64,000 nucleotides of DNA from Octopus sinensis (GCF_006345805.1 NW_021833275.1:14016-78015), one strand, 5' to 3'; counted from the stretch's first letter, positions 25,239 through 38,727 are shown. The notes: generated by a model not told the origin, from the letters alone. Made by a program: numbers and translations.

Positions 25239-25662
25239 GGATCTTTTCGGTTTTTAACATAATTTCTAGGTAACTATAAAATTTTAAACTTCGTATACTG
25301 CTAGAATGTGTTTATAAAACATCTTTTTCTCTTGGCTTTATTGAGAAAATTCTGTGGTTTGTAAGATATTTGTTGTTTTTTTCTTCAATTTCTGCAATTT
25401 CAACCAATCACTGACGTGTATTGGAGGTGAAAACATTCTGTGCCGTATGAATATGTCCTTCGTTTAAGAAACAGATTGGGTTTATTTACATTTGTGAAGA
25501 AAAAAAGATACCTTTCCCCCACCTTAACCCTAACCCTAGCCCTAGCTAACCCTAACCCTAAAAGAGATTGAAATGCAATAGATCGATACTAGGGTCATAA
25601 TTATGGGTGACAATTTCATATGACACCGCTAGAAAAAACTGCCGTTCAAACCGAAAAGATCC
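25239..25662. mobile_element. hAT-type MITE (second complete copy)
   Basis: Same 15-bp TIR; 8-bp TSD AAAGTTTG on both sides. Confidence 0.92.
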
Positions 25663-26681
25663 AAAGTTTGTACAATATTTTTACCTCTCTGTCTCGGACA
25701 GGAATCGAAACCGTGATCTAGCGGTCGTGAGTGCAACACCCTAATCATAGGTCACGGGGCCTTCAAGTATATTTACCCAATTTTCTCTGCTGTTCGTGAA
25801 TTTTCTTTATTGTCGGTAAAATACCAACTCACTCAGCGCTTCAAATTTAGTTTAGAAAATGTTCTCAAAGTCCAAAAGTTATTATTTAGTGTTATAAAAC
25901 GACGGTATTTATTCTCAGGGGTCTCGTAGCTTAATGATATAAACCACTTACCGAAATTTGAGGGGTGCATGGTTCAATTCCTTGTCTTCTAAGGGGATTT
26001 ACCCGGTTTTCTCAGCTGTTTTTGCAGCAATTCTGCATTCAATTATCTTCTGTTTGTCTCCGTTTTTGGAGATGAACACCATTCGTTCATGTAATCGGCT
26101 TGAAAAATTGCTAAGATATTTAGATATTTTTTCCTAACATGAAACCAAAGCGGTGTTGAGCACTCATTCTCATTGTTCGACATTTACGTGTGTGTGTGTA
26201 TATATATATATACATATATATATATATTTGTATATATATATTCTCACACACATACACACAACACAAACACACACACACATACATATTCTGTAGCTATGTT
26301 TCAGAGTGCGTATAAATGTGCACGCATCTGCAGAAATTGTGTATGTGTATGTATAGTTGTGTGTGTGAGTGTGTGTGTGTGTGTGTGCACGTATTTGGTA
26401 AAATATTTATTATCAGTCGTTGGTCTGATAGATTTTCTCATGCAAAACAATACTTTTGAGATAATACAGCGGACACTAGAAGATACCCCACACTCACACA
26501 CACACAAAGACACACACACACACACTCACACACAAACACACACCAAACATACATATATATACATACACATTCATATATGAGTGTCTGTGTCAAACATAAG
26601 CATACGCATTTGTACACATCAAAGAATACCATAAACATACACATACATACAAATAACTATGCATAAACAAAGCAATACACA

Positions 26682-26699
<18 letters not shown>

Positions 26700-26716
<17 letters not shown>

Positions 26717-26739
26717 TTCTATCTATCTATCCATCCATC

Positions 26740-26828
<89 letters not shown>

Positions 26829-26940
26829 CCTACCTACATACCTACATATATATATATATATATATATCTACCTATCTACCTATCTACCTATCTACCTATA
26901 TACTTAGCTATCTATCTATCTACCTCTCTATCTATCTATC
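26700..26940. repeat. (TATC)n/(TACC)n tract, unoccupied
   Basis: Direct reading. Confidence 0.9.
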
Positions 26941-26941
26941 C

Positions 26942-26989
<48 letters not shown>

Positions 26990-27231
26990 CACCTCGTGCA
27001 GCAATACATATGTACATGCACGCACACATACGCACACATATGTAATGGATTCTCCCACACCACATATAACTTTCGAAGATGGCATTATTGATGAGAATTA
27101 TCCGGTTCCTTTTAATGTGGTCTTGTGAATCTATGAAGAATGAAGAATATTTAAGATGTGTCTCTTGAAGAATGTTCTGGAAACAGTCGACTTACATACA
27201 GGTTGGTGGTAATTACGTATAACACACACAC

Positions 27232-27275
<44 letters not shown>

Positions 27276-27503
27276 TGTGTGTGTGTATGTGTGAGCGCAC
27301 GTTTGTTTGTGTGTATGTGTGTGTGTTTTTATACACATGTGTCTGTGTATATATATATACACACATACAAACATACACACACATGCATATACACACATGT
27401 ATATATATATGTATATATATATATATATGTAGTTATATATATATATTCAAATACATATATATTTGCGTACACATAGATATGCATACATACATATATATAT
27501 ATA

Positions 27504-27534
<31 letters not shown>

Positions 27535-28002
27535 TGTATATATGTATTTATATATATAAGTATATACACACACATACACAAACCATCGTATACATAGGTG
27601 ATGCTGGGGTTGGTGTCGGCCTTGTTGGCGGTGGTTTGCAGTCTAAAACTGAAATGCTGGTCTTCACACTATGTTTGGTATTGTCTGCAAATGTTCTACG
27701 ATTAAATTCCATTGAAAGCCAACTTTCCTTTTATTTCTTCCTCCACCCCCCCACCTTCTCCTCACCGGTTCTCCCAGAATATCTGCGAGTAGATAAGAGT
27801 AATTGCTGAGTTATCAATATTTGGACTGACATGTAGCCTGGCACGAGTATATCTTGCAAATACGCTCCCAGTACATACATATACATGTATATATATATGC
27901 ATATACACATATATACGCACACACACACATACACACACACACACATATACACGCATTCATATTTGCCTCCATCCAGCCATACATACATACATACATACAT
28001 AC

Positions 28003-28033
<31 letters not shown>

Positions 28034-28086
28034 TATATATATACATACATATATACAGTATACATATACATTCATATATATGTGTG

Positions 28087-28167
<81 letters not shown>

Positions 28168-28886
28168 ATATACATATACATTCATATGTATGTATATATA
28201 TAGGTCAGATATTGCCGAGGCAGGGTCGGAAATGCCTCGTGAAAATATCTGTTCCGACTTGGCTATTTCTTACTGATGAATCTAAGGGCCTATGGAAGAT
28301 TGGCTTGATTTAATTTAATCAGGTTAGTTTACCATTAAACAGTAGATGAAACGGTGCATCGTATAAGAATTACAGGGTAAATGTTTTTTAATTTTCTCCT
28401 GGTTTACGGAATTGATGTTTATTTGCGGTTGAAGTTTTGGCTGTTATTTCTAGTGGGTGAATGGCCTATTATGGCCGTTCCTTGATTGTGATGTTGAACT
28501 TAAAAATGGTCTATGACTATTTAATTTTTTCCCACTAGGCCGCTGGTGGCAAAAAAATTCTACAAAATTTTTTGCCACCCTATATTGATTAATTATATAT
28601 ATATACATATATATAAATATATATTTACATACATTATACATATACATTCATTTATATGTATATATATATATATTCTTTTATTTGTTTCTGTAATTTGATG
28701 GTGGCCATTCTACGCTGGAGCACATTCTGTAGTTGAACAGATTAACCTAGGACTTATTCTTTGTAAGCCTGATACGTATTCTATCGGTCACTTTTGCCGA
28801 ACCGCTAAGTTACGGTGACGTAAACACACCAATATCGATTGTCAACTGATGGTTGGGTGGATCAGCACAGACACACAAACATATGC

Positions 28887-28928
<42 letters not shown>

Positions 28929-28930
28929 AA

Positions 28931-29073
28931 GGCGCAGCAGTGGTTGTGTGGTAAGTAGCTTGCTTACCAACCACATTGTTCCGGATTCAGTCCCACTACG
29001 TGGTACCTTGGGCAAGTGTTTTCTACTATAGCTTCGGGCCGACCAAAGCCTTGTGAGTGGATTTGGTAGACAG
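28931..29073 (+). mobile_element. SINE family A, 5' half
   Basis: GCAGCAGTGGTTGTGTGGTAAGTAGCTTGC...GGATTCAGTCCC...GGATTTGGTAGAC. Confidence 0.8.
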
Positions 29074-29093
29074 ATATATATATATCACGTGAT

Positions 29094-29173
<80 letters not shown>

Positions 29174-30720
29174 TATATATATAAATATACATATATATAT
29201 ATGTATATATATGTTAATATATATATATGTGTGTGTGTCTGAAAATAGAAACATATGTATATATGTATATACACGTAAACATACATATGCATTACACAGA
29301 TAAATGTTTGCAATCATACATATATACATTCACGCACACACATACACACAATACACACACACATATGCAGAAACACATTATATCAGTACGTAACACGTGC
29401 AAATATACATACACACATATATACATGCAAACACACTTGCATACATATTATCCGCTTCACTACACACGTAAAGGTATTATATATATACTAACGTACATGT
29501 ATGCATAGATGTTTGCATGCATTCAAGTATGCATGCATCCATCCATTTATCCCTTCCTCTTTCCATCCCTCCTTCCCGCCATCCATCCAGTCATCCACAT
29601 ACACTGAACGAAGTTGCACCGTTTTACTGCAAAAGGTCATCTGAAGAGAACTGCATACATACCAAGGAGAAAGTCACGCATTCCCGTAAGGTTTCAACTT
29701 GACAGAAACATTGACAACTAGAATAAGTTTATTCTGGCCTAACAACCCGAGCATTAGCTGTCACTTTGAAAGATATGCTTTTGCAGTAGAGAAGCTGAAA
29801 ATAAGCACAAAAATAACCCGATGCACAAAAGAGATAGCGATGCTGGTAAACCAGCGAAATGTGACAATTGATCCGAGCTACAGGCTTTGTGTAATTAACA
29901 CTGAGGATTTCACATACATCATAAATGACTGTTCTAAAATGTTATTACGGTGTATTTCCGACCAATGAGACATGGTGTCATAGCCAGAACACTATATAAT
30001 GGAATCCGTGTAAAGGATTATCCCGAGGAGACAAATATAAGAAGCTAGAATGACGTGGAGGGCATAATCACACATAATTTGAAATGCTGGCGAAATGTCT
30101 CTGTCGTGACAGTGATAAAATGCAAGAAAAACAGACAAATACGTTGTGAGAGAGAGAGAAAAGATACTATACACTGTAGTTGAAATAGTTGCCCGGCAGA
30201 TGTCAGTATAATGTTAAAGACCAGTAAGAAATTTATGTCAAACTGATGAGAAATCTGCTGTTACTTAATTCGAATTTCTGTCAATAATTGTTGGAACACT
30301 TGGCTACGTTCTTAACTGTCTCAGTACGAATCTCAAGAATCTGGATTTCACAAAACTAGAAGGAAAACGCCTATTTAGAAGATTACTGCTATGAACCATG
30401 AAAGATATTGTCAGCATCTAATGATATTGCATATATGCACCACATGGTGAATATGTGCATGCAGTCATGCGTACATGAATACATACATGCATACATGCAA
30501 CATACACATGGATATATATGTATGGATATATATAATATATATATACATATATTATATATATATATATATTATATATATATATATATATATAATATATATA
30601 TATATTATATATATATATATTATAGGGAGAGTTTACGAAAAAAACAACAACGAAAGGCGAAGACAGGTGCTATTCAAAACAAACAGATGTATTAGTATAA
30701 CGCTCAGGAATAGAAAAAGT

Positions 30721-30756
30721 CTTTTACGTTTCGAGCCTACGCTCTTCTACAGAAAG
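30721..30756 (-). ncRNA. Minimal type I hammerhead-like motif, A6U variant
   Basis: Minus strand: CTTT-CTGTAGA A-GAGC GTAG GCTC-GAAA-CGTA-AAAG; palindromic ACGT stem III, GUA triplet. Confidence 0.55.
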
Positions 30757-30824
30757 GGTCACAGAAAAAAACAAGGAGAGAAAAAGATGTGTGTAGTGGC
30801 TAACAATCTATCATGGTGTCTATA

Positions 30825-30869
<45 letters not shown>

Positions 30870-31259
30870 AATTAAGGACTGAACACGAAAAGTGGACAGT
30901 CAACATGCTAGATATAGACGTCAAATCGCCATTCACCACAAAAGATTATGTTCTCAGATCAAACTCAACACAAAACCATAGCAATAAACAAGTGAAAAAT
31001 ATACGAAATAAAATAATTATTGGTCTTAATTGATAAATATCAATTTCTACCCTTAATTAATTTTATATAAATAAATATGTTCTCTAACCGATAAATTAAC
31101 TGCTGCTAATTATTAGCTGCAGGCTAGTTTTTTCGGGCTCCAACGCGCCAAAGTAAAGGCATTTGAAAGATATATTCAAATGTAATAGGCTGAACTCCAT
31201 GCACGCGATATTTCGGTATCGTGTTTGCATCTAGTCCAGCAAATTACATTTATAACGGA

Positions 31260-31324
31260 CCATGCTGATGATGGCTGCAGTTTTCCTTGCGGAAAATAAC
31301 AGCTGAAACTAATTTAGTACATGG
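31260..31324 (+). ncRNA. Type I hammerhead ribozyme (GUA, predicted cleavage after 31319)
   Basis: CCATG-CTGATGA T-GGCTG cag TTTTCC ttgc GGAAAA taa CAGCT-GAAA-CTA ATT TAG TA-CATGG. Confidence 0.82.
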
Positions 31325-31766
31325 GTAATTATTTTATTTCGTATATTTTTCACTTGTTTATTGCTATGGTTTTGTGTTGAGTTTGATCTGAGAACATAAT
31401 CTTTTGTGGTGAATGGCGATTTGACGTCTATATCTAGCATGTTGACTGTCCACTTTTCGTGTTCAGTCCTTAATTGGTATATATAAATATTTTAATCTTC
31501 GGATTCTTTTTTAATATGCTAGACCACTGGTCTTAATTGATAAATATCAATTTCTACCCTTAATTAATTTTATATAAATAAATATGTTCTCTAACCGATA
31601 AATTAACTGCTGCTAATTATTAGCTGCAGGCTAGTTTTCTCGGGCTCCAACGCGCCAAAGTAAAGGCATTTGAAAGATATATTCAAATGTAATAGGCTGA
31701 ACTCCATGCACGCGATATTTCGGTATCGTGTTTGCATCTAGTCCAGCAAATTACATTTATAACGGA

Positions 31767-31831
31767 CCATGCTGATGATGGCTGCAGTTTTCCTTGCGGA
31801 AAATAACAGCTGAAACTAATTTAGTACATGG
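31767..31831 (+). ncRNA. Type I hammerhead ribozyme, second copy (predicted cleavage after 31826)
   Basis: Identical to 31260-31324, 507 nt downstream. Confidence 0.82.
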
Positions 31832-32068
31832 GTAATTATTTTATTTCGTATATTTTTCACTTGTTTATTGCTATGGTTTTGTGTTGAGTTTGATCTGAGA
31901 ACATAATCTTTTGTGGTGAATGGCGATTTGACGTCTATATCTAGCATGTTGACTGTCCACTTTTCGTGTTCAGTCCTTAATGGTATATATAAATATTTTA
32001 ATCTTCGGATTCTTTTTTAATATGCTAGACCACCGGTCTTAATTGATAAATATCAATTTCTACCCTTA

Positions 32069-32122
<54 letters not shown>

Positions 32123-32741
32123 CATACATACATAAATACATACATACACACTTACATACCAGTTCACCAAAAGACAGCGATGGAATAAATAGCAGGCTTT
32201 AAAAATAAGTAGTAGGGTCGTTTCATTCGACTAAAAGTTAAAAAAAATATTCTTCAGGCGGTGCCCCAGCATGGCCGCAGTCTAATAACTGAAACAAGGA
32301 AAAGTTAAAATATAAATACATGCTTACATATATATATACATATATATATATACATATATATTTGTATATAAGGATAATGTGTGTGTATGTACACATTTCT
32401 CACACACACACACATACACACGTGCATACATACACATACACACGTACAGACACACAAACACACACAGTCTCAAAAGCATGCTATTAAAATCGTTTTTGTG
32501 TATTCTGTCAATATTTAAATATATTTTCATTATCTTAAAAATATATGGCATTCTTTAACGTATATTTATCTTTCTGGATCCTCCTAGAAGATTCCAATAA
32601 CGGTAATTTTGAAGCAGGAAACTAAATGGAAGATCTGTGGAATTACATAAGAGTTTCTGCGAAAAAAAAAATTCATAGATTCATAGATGTCACTCGAGAA
32701 AGATAATTGGAGTCTAAGTGAAACTCGGTGATGCATTGTGC

Positions 32742-32794
<53 letters not shown>

Positions 32795-33118
32795 CACACA
32801 CACAAACACGCACACAAACACGCACACAAAGACACATAGAGACACACACACATATTTATACATGTATGTGTATATATATATATATATATATATTCCTATA
32901 TATATTTGTATATATATATATGTATATAGATTCATACATTTATATCTATATATATATATATGTGTGTTTGTATATATATATATATATACACACACACATA
33001 TATGTATATATCTAGGTATACGTATGTGTGTATGCGTGTGTATCTATTTACGTGTGTGTATATATATGTATATATATATATACAATTCTCTCTCTGTATA
33101 TATATGTATATATATATG

Positions 33119-33159
<41 letters not shown>

Positions 33160-33287
33160 TTGTATGTATGGGTAGAGAAAGGGGAAGTCGATGGGGAAAG
33201 ACTCCAAAATAAAGATATTCATTACAAGATATTGAATAACACTAAATAGCAGCGGGTGAGGGAGAAGAAATATAGTAACACCGGAGC

Positions 33288-33353
<66 letters not shown>

Positions 33354-33563
33354 AAGATAAAGAGACTGGTTGACAGATCAGTGTGAGACGGTAGATGTTC
33401 TGTGGTTGGAACGGCGACATGGTACCTGGAATACTGCAAGTTCGAGGTTCGAATCGCATCAGCGAATCTATTTTGATTTTACTATAATACCAGCTTATCA
33501 TACTAAGATATTAATTATATCATATTAAGACTTAAATTTTAATTATTATTATATCACTTACAA

Positions 33564-34086
33564 AGGTTGTGAGCTGGCAGAATCGTTAGCACGCCGGACG
33601 AAATGCTTAGCGGTATTTCGTCTGCCGTTACGTTCTGAGTTCAAATTCCGCCGATGTCGACTTTGCCTTTCATTCTTTCGGGGTCGATAAATTAAGTACC
33701 AGTTACGCACTGGGGTCGATATAATCGACTTAATCTGTTTGTCTGTCCTTGTTTGTCCCCTCTATGTTTGGCCCCTTGTGGGCAATAAAGAAATAAGAAT
33801 CGTTAGCACGCCGGAATAAATGCTTAGCGGCATTTCGTCCGTCTGCACGTCTTGAGTTCCATATATACATGTTTCTTTATTACCCACACAGAGGGGACAA
33901 ACAAGGACAGACAAAGGAATTAAGTCGATTACATCGACCCCAGTGCGTAACTGGTACTTAATTTATCGACCCCGAAAGGATGAAAGGCAAAGTCGACCAT
34001 GGCAGAATTCGAACTCAGAACGTAACGGCAGACGAAATACTGCTAAGCATTTCGCCCGGCGTGCTAACGGTTCTGCCAGCTCGCCG
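33564..34086. mobile_element. Cluster of SINE family B copies (33564-33796 +, partial head, 33872-34086 -)
   Basis: Same head and tail as 20642-20868. Confidence 0.85.
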
Positions 34087-34271
34087 CATTTAGAAGTTCC
34101 ATATATAGACGCAGGAGTGGCAGTGTGATAATCAACTTGCTCCTTAACCAAATTTCACTGAGGTCGACTTTTGCCGTTTATCCTTTCGGAGTCGATAAAA
34201 TAAGTACTAGTTGAGCAGCGGGGTCGGTGTAATCGACTCTCCCACTCCCCCAAAATTGCAGGCTTTGTGCC

Positions 34272-34698
34272 TTTACTCTTTTACTTGTTTCAGTCATTTT
34301 GACTGCGGCCATGCTGGAGCACCGCCTTTAGTCGAGCAAATCGACCCCAGGACTTATTCTTTGTAAGCCTAGTACTTATTCTATCGGTCTCTTTTGCCGA
34401 ACCGCTAAGTTACGGGGACGCAAACACACCAGCATCGGTTGTCAAGCGGTGCTGGGGGTACAAACACAAACGCACAAACATATACATACGCATACATATA
34501 CATATATACACACACATATATATATATACATACATATATACGACGGGCTTCTTTCAGTTTCCGTCTACCAAATCCACTCACAAGGCTTTGGTCCGCCCAA
34601 GGCTATAGTAGAAGACACTTGCCCACAGTGCCACGCAGTGGGACTGGACCCAGAACTATGTGGTTGGTAAGTAAGCTACTTACCACGCAGCCACTCCT
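34272..34698 (-). mobile_element. SINE family A, full length
   Basis: tRNA-like head with A/B boxes, core and tail colinear with the other copies. Confidence 0.88.
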
Positions 34699-35638
34699 AG
34701 TAGAAACAATTATTATATCACTTATTCATATCTCCCTTTAATAACTGTCTTATGACATATTCAGTGGAGAAACGCTTTTATGTGACCTTCACAGCGCGAC
34801 TACCTCATATTCTTAATGCTTGAACGCTGACCAATCAATTTGTACGTTAACGGATAGCGTTCTGAGTCACATTCCTACTTTAGAAACAAACTATTTTTGA
34901 TAACAACGGCCAGAATAGACATAATTCACGACACATATACTATACATTTTTGAACGGCTAAAGCGAAACCGGTCAAGTGTATTCCTATGTTTTAAAATAT
35001 AGCTAAATTCTTATTAATTGCTATATATTCTCCGGGCATTTTCTTCTTTTCCACTACTTGTTTGAATTAATAACAATTTACACACACACACACACACGCA
35101 ACGCCGGGTCATAGTGCTAGTGCATGCATATACAGCTGCGTGCGTGCGCACATACACGCGAGTACTGTCCAAATCTCCGACCAATCACATACAGCTAGCT
35201 GGCATTCAATTGGCGTATCAAGTTTTGGGTATTTTGATTTGGTTTTGGATAGAAAATTCACAAAATGTCACTTCTATTGATATTTTAATGGCTTTGCGGG
35301 GTGACTGGGGAAATGTAAAGATGTGCACGACCACCTTTGGACGGTTTTGAATGAACATAGAAAGTGCGAGCCCTCTAACTGAAAAATTGTGGATTTGTAT
35401 AAAAGGCACACACACAGACAGTTTGCCGTTTATATATAGAGAGATTACAATTTAAATGTATTTTTTAATGCTGTTTGTTGGGTGGAAGGGTTAGCACTCA
35501 ATTGGTATTTATTTTTTTGATCCTGAAAGGCTGAAAGACAAGCTACCCTCTACAGAATTTGAACTCAGAACGTAATGAATCGGAAGCAATGCCACTAAGC
35601 ATTTTGTGAAACACGTTAACAATTCTCTCAGTTCACCG

Positions 35639-35710
<72 letters not shown>

Positions 35711-35725
35711 GTAATAATAATAATA

Positions 35726-37727
35726 AGAAGAAGAAAGGCCTCAGTATGGCCTGGATTGACTACAAAAAGGCGTTTGATAGCATCCCCCACACATGGATCC
35801 TCGAAACACTAGCCATTAACAAAGCAGCACCAACAATCATAAAATTCATAGAGCACTCTATGAATAAATGGCAAACAGTCCTACACCTCCAAACAAAAGA
35901 GGGACTCATGAAAACCAAAGACATCCCCATTAGAAGAGGAATATTCCAGGGAGACACGCTCTCTCCACTCCTTTTCTGCTTGGTACTGTCACCTCTATCT
36001 GATATGCTAAATAGAACTGGATGCGGATATAAATGTTACGGCAAAACGATCAGCCACCTTTTATATATGGATGACCTAAAACTATACGCTGCAAATGACA
36101 AACAGCTGGAAACACTATTAAAGACAGTTCATGGATTTACCAAAGAAATAGATATGAAATTTGGATTAGAAAAATGCGCCAAAGTAACCATGAAAAGAGG
36201 AAAACTAGTGAAGAGTAACAACATCACACTAGATAAAACCAATGAAATAAAAGAATTAGACCAAAGCCAAACTTACAAATACTTAGGAATCCATGAACTA
36301 GATAAGACACAACACACACAAATGAAAGAGAAAATAAAAAAAGAATATTATAGACGAGTTAGATCAATACTAAAAACAGAGCTCAATGCTTAAAAACAAG
36401 ATAATAGGTATCAACACTTTAGCTGTCCCAGTTATAAGTTACAGCTACAATATCCTTAACTGTACACGAAATGAACTGACCAAAATAGATAGGAAAACAA
36501 GAAAAATAATGACAGGATCTAGGATGCATCACCCAAAATCTGACATAGAAAGACTATATATACAACGTATAGAAGGTGGTAGAGGCCTTATACAGCTGGA
36601 AAACTACTATAAAATAACCACCATAGGACTGCAAAAATACCTACTTCAGAAGGAAGGAAAACTGATCCAGATAGCAGCAAAACACGATCAAAACAAAAAA
36701 CTGTTCTCAGTATTTAAGGAAGCTGACAAATACAAACAAGAAATCATACCACCTAATAAACACGAAGAAGAAGAAGAAGAAGAAGATGATGAAGAAACAA
36801 CAAAAGCTATAAAACAAATGAAATCCAAACTAAAAATAGAACAGCAACGAACCATGATAAAACGATGGCAAGAAAAGCCCCTTCATGGTAAATACTGCAC
36901 CAAACTAAACGCAAAAGAAATAGACAAAGAAAAATCCCAGCAATGGTTGAGAAGCTCAGGACTCAAAGCAGAAACAGAGGGATTTTTAATTGCAACACAA
37001 GACCAAAGCCTCCCCACCAGAAATTACCAAAAACATGTAATGAAAAGAAATATTACAAGTAACTGCAGAATATGTGGAGATGGACAAGAAACAATAAATC
37101 ATATTATCTCTAGCTGCCCAGTCCTGGCTAAGAAGGAATATATTCACAGACATGACAGAGTTGGAACCTACATACATTGGAAGCTATGCCAACATTATGG
37201 AATAACAACAGAAAAAAGATGCTATAAGCACACACCAGAAAAGGTCACAGAAAACGAGAAAGCAACCATACTCTGGGATATGCCGATACACACAGATAGA
37301 GAAATTAAGGCCAACAGACCAGATATAGTTGTCAGAGATCATGAAGGAAAAAAATGCTTTCTAATTGATGTATCAATACCGGCAGATGACAACGTGTCTC
37401 TAAAAGAAATGGAGAAACTCTCAAAATACAAAGACCTGGAAATAGAGGTAACTAGAATGTGGAATCTGAAAACAGAAACAATTCCTATCATAGTAGGTGC
37501 ATTAGGCATGATAAAAAAATATTCAGACAAATACATAACAAAAACACCAGGACTTACAAACACATATAACATATAGAAAATTGCACTACTAGGCACTGCA
37601 CACATCCTACGCAGAACACTTTCCATACAATAACCATCAGAGCATCACAACAAATCACAGCACATACCCAAGGCACACAGAGCTGCGCTCGGTAGTGAAG
37701 TGAAAGCACGCTATAAAAATAAAACTA

Positions 37728-37730
<3 letters not shown>
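35726..37730 (+). mobile_element. R4-clade (Dong-like) non-LTR retrotransposon, 5'-truncated, inserted in (TAA)n
   Basis: RT + CCHC + restriction-like endonuclease; (AAT)n at 35641-35725 and 37731-37770. Confidence 0.9.
35746..37632 (+). pseudogene. R4/Dong RT-REL ORF
   Basis: WIDYKKAFDS, GIFQGDTLSP, YMDDLKL; CRICGDGQETINHIISSC; NRPDIVV..FLIDVSIP..EKLSKY (PD..D REL). 1-nt frameshift at ~36390 and TAG at 37574 before KIALLGTAHILRRTL. Confidence 0.9.
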
Positions 37731-37769
<39 letters not shown>

Positions 37770-37772
<3 letters not shown>

Positions 37773-38343
37773 ATCCAGTATTTCAAGGCCTGAAATTGGG
37801 GGAGGGAGATAGTCGATTATATCGTCCCCAGTATTCAACTGGTACTTCATTTATCGGCCCCGAAAGGATGGAAAGCAAAGTCGACCACGGCGAATTTGTA
37901 CCAAGAACGTGCAGAGAAATGAAATGCTAAGCATTTTCCCCGGTTTGCTAACAATTCTTCATTCTGCTATAGGCATAAAACCTGGATTTTGTGGTGAGGT
38001 AGATCGTCGATCACATCGACCCCAGTACGCAACTGGTACTTAATTTATAGACCTCGAAAGGATCAAATGCAAAGTCGACCCCAGTGGCATTTGAACTCAG
38101 AACGTAGCGGCAGACGAAATACCTATTTCTTTACTACCCACAAGGGGCTAAACACAGAGGGGACAAACAAGGACAGACAAACGAATTAAGTCGATTACAT
38201 CGACCCCAGTGCGTAACTGGTACTTAATTTATCGACCCCGAAAGGATGAAAGGCAAAGTCGAGCTCGGCGGAATTTGAACTCAGAACGTAACGGCAGACG
38301 AAATACGGCTACGCATTTCACCCGGCGTGCTAACGATTCTGCC
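37770..38343 (-). mobile_element. Three stacked SINE family B-related copies (38124-38343 best preserved)
   Basis: Repeated GTCGACC...TTTGAACTCAGAACGTA...GACGAAATAC blocks. Confidence 0.75.
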
Positions 38344-38727
38344 AATCTCGCCGTCTCACTCTACACAAATTTTAAGACAGTTTACCATCCACCTCTGTAA
38401 TTCTATCTAGCACATACAATCGGCATAATAAAACTTTCCCCCGGTATTTCACCAGAAATCATATCTTATGAGACTTCCTTCCTAATTCAACGACCCATCA
38501 ACTTAAGAGCTATTAAACTACATTAGTTCAGTTCGAAAATTAAAAATATATTGATCTCTTCCAATTATTCTAATTTCTAAGCCATTAAATGTCTTGGAAA
38601 AAAAAAAACTGTAGACATATCATTTCTTACCCAGACATAAAACACAAACAAAACGTTTCCATTCTCTCAGGAATGGAACAAGTGATTCATTTGAATTTTA
38701 TTTTCTCTTCTAAATGTAGATGAACGT

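Larger units (their letters stand above)
30864..32085 (+). mobile_element. Retrozyme/Penelope-like non-autonomous element: ~155-bp inverted segment + ~2.1 tandem 507-bp units
   Basis: 30864-31020 is the reverse complement of 31326-31482; units start ~31021, 31528 and 32034; no ORF; (TA)n flanks. Confidence 0.85.

Noticed and set aside
25918-25990. tRNA-like A/B boxes; also all SINE heads
   Set aside because: No complete cloverleaf; SINE-derived rather than tRNA genes.
29590-30174. Non-repetitive ORFs, some hydrophobic (also 14858-15118)
   Set aside because: T-rich strands give hydrophobic translations; no family motif.
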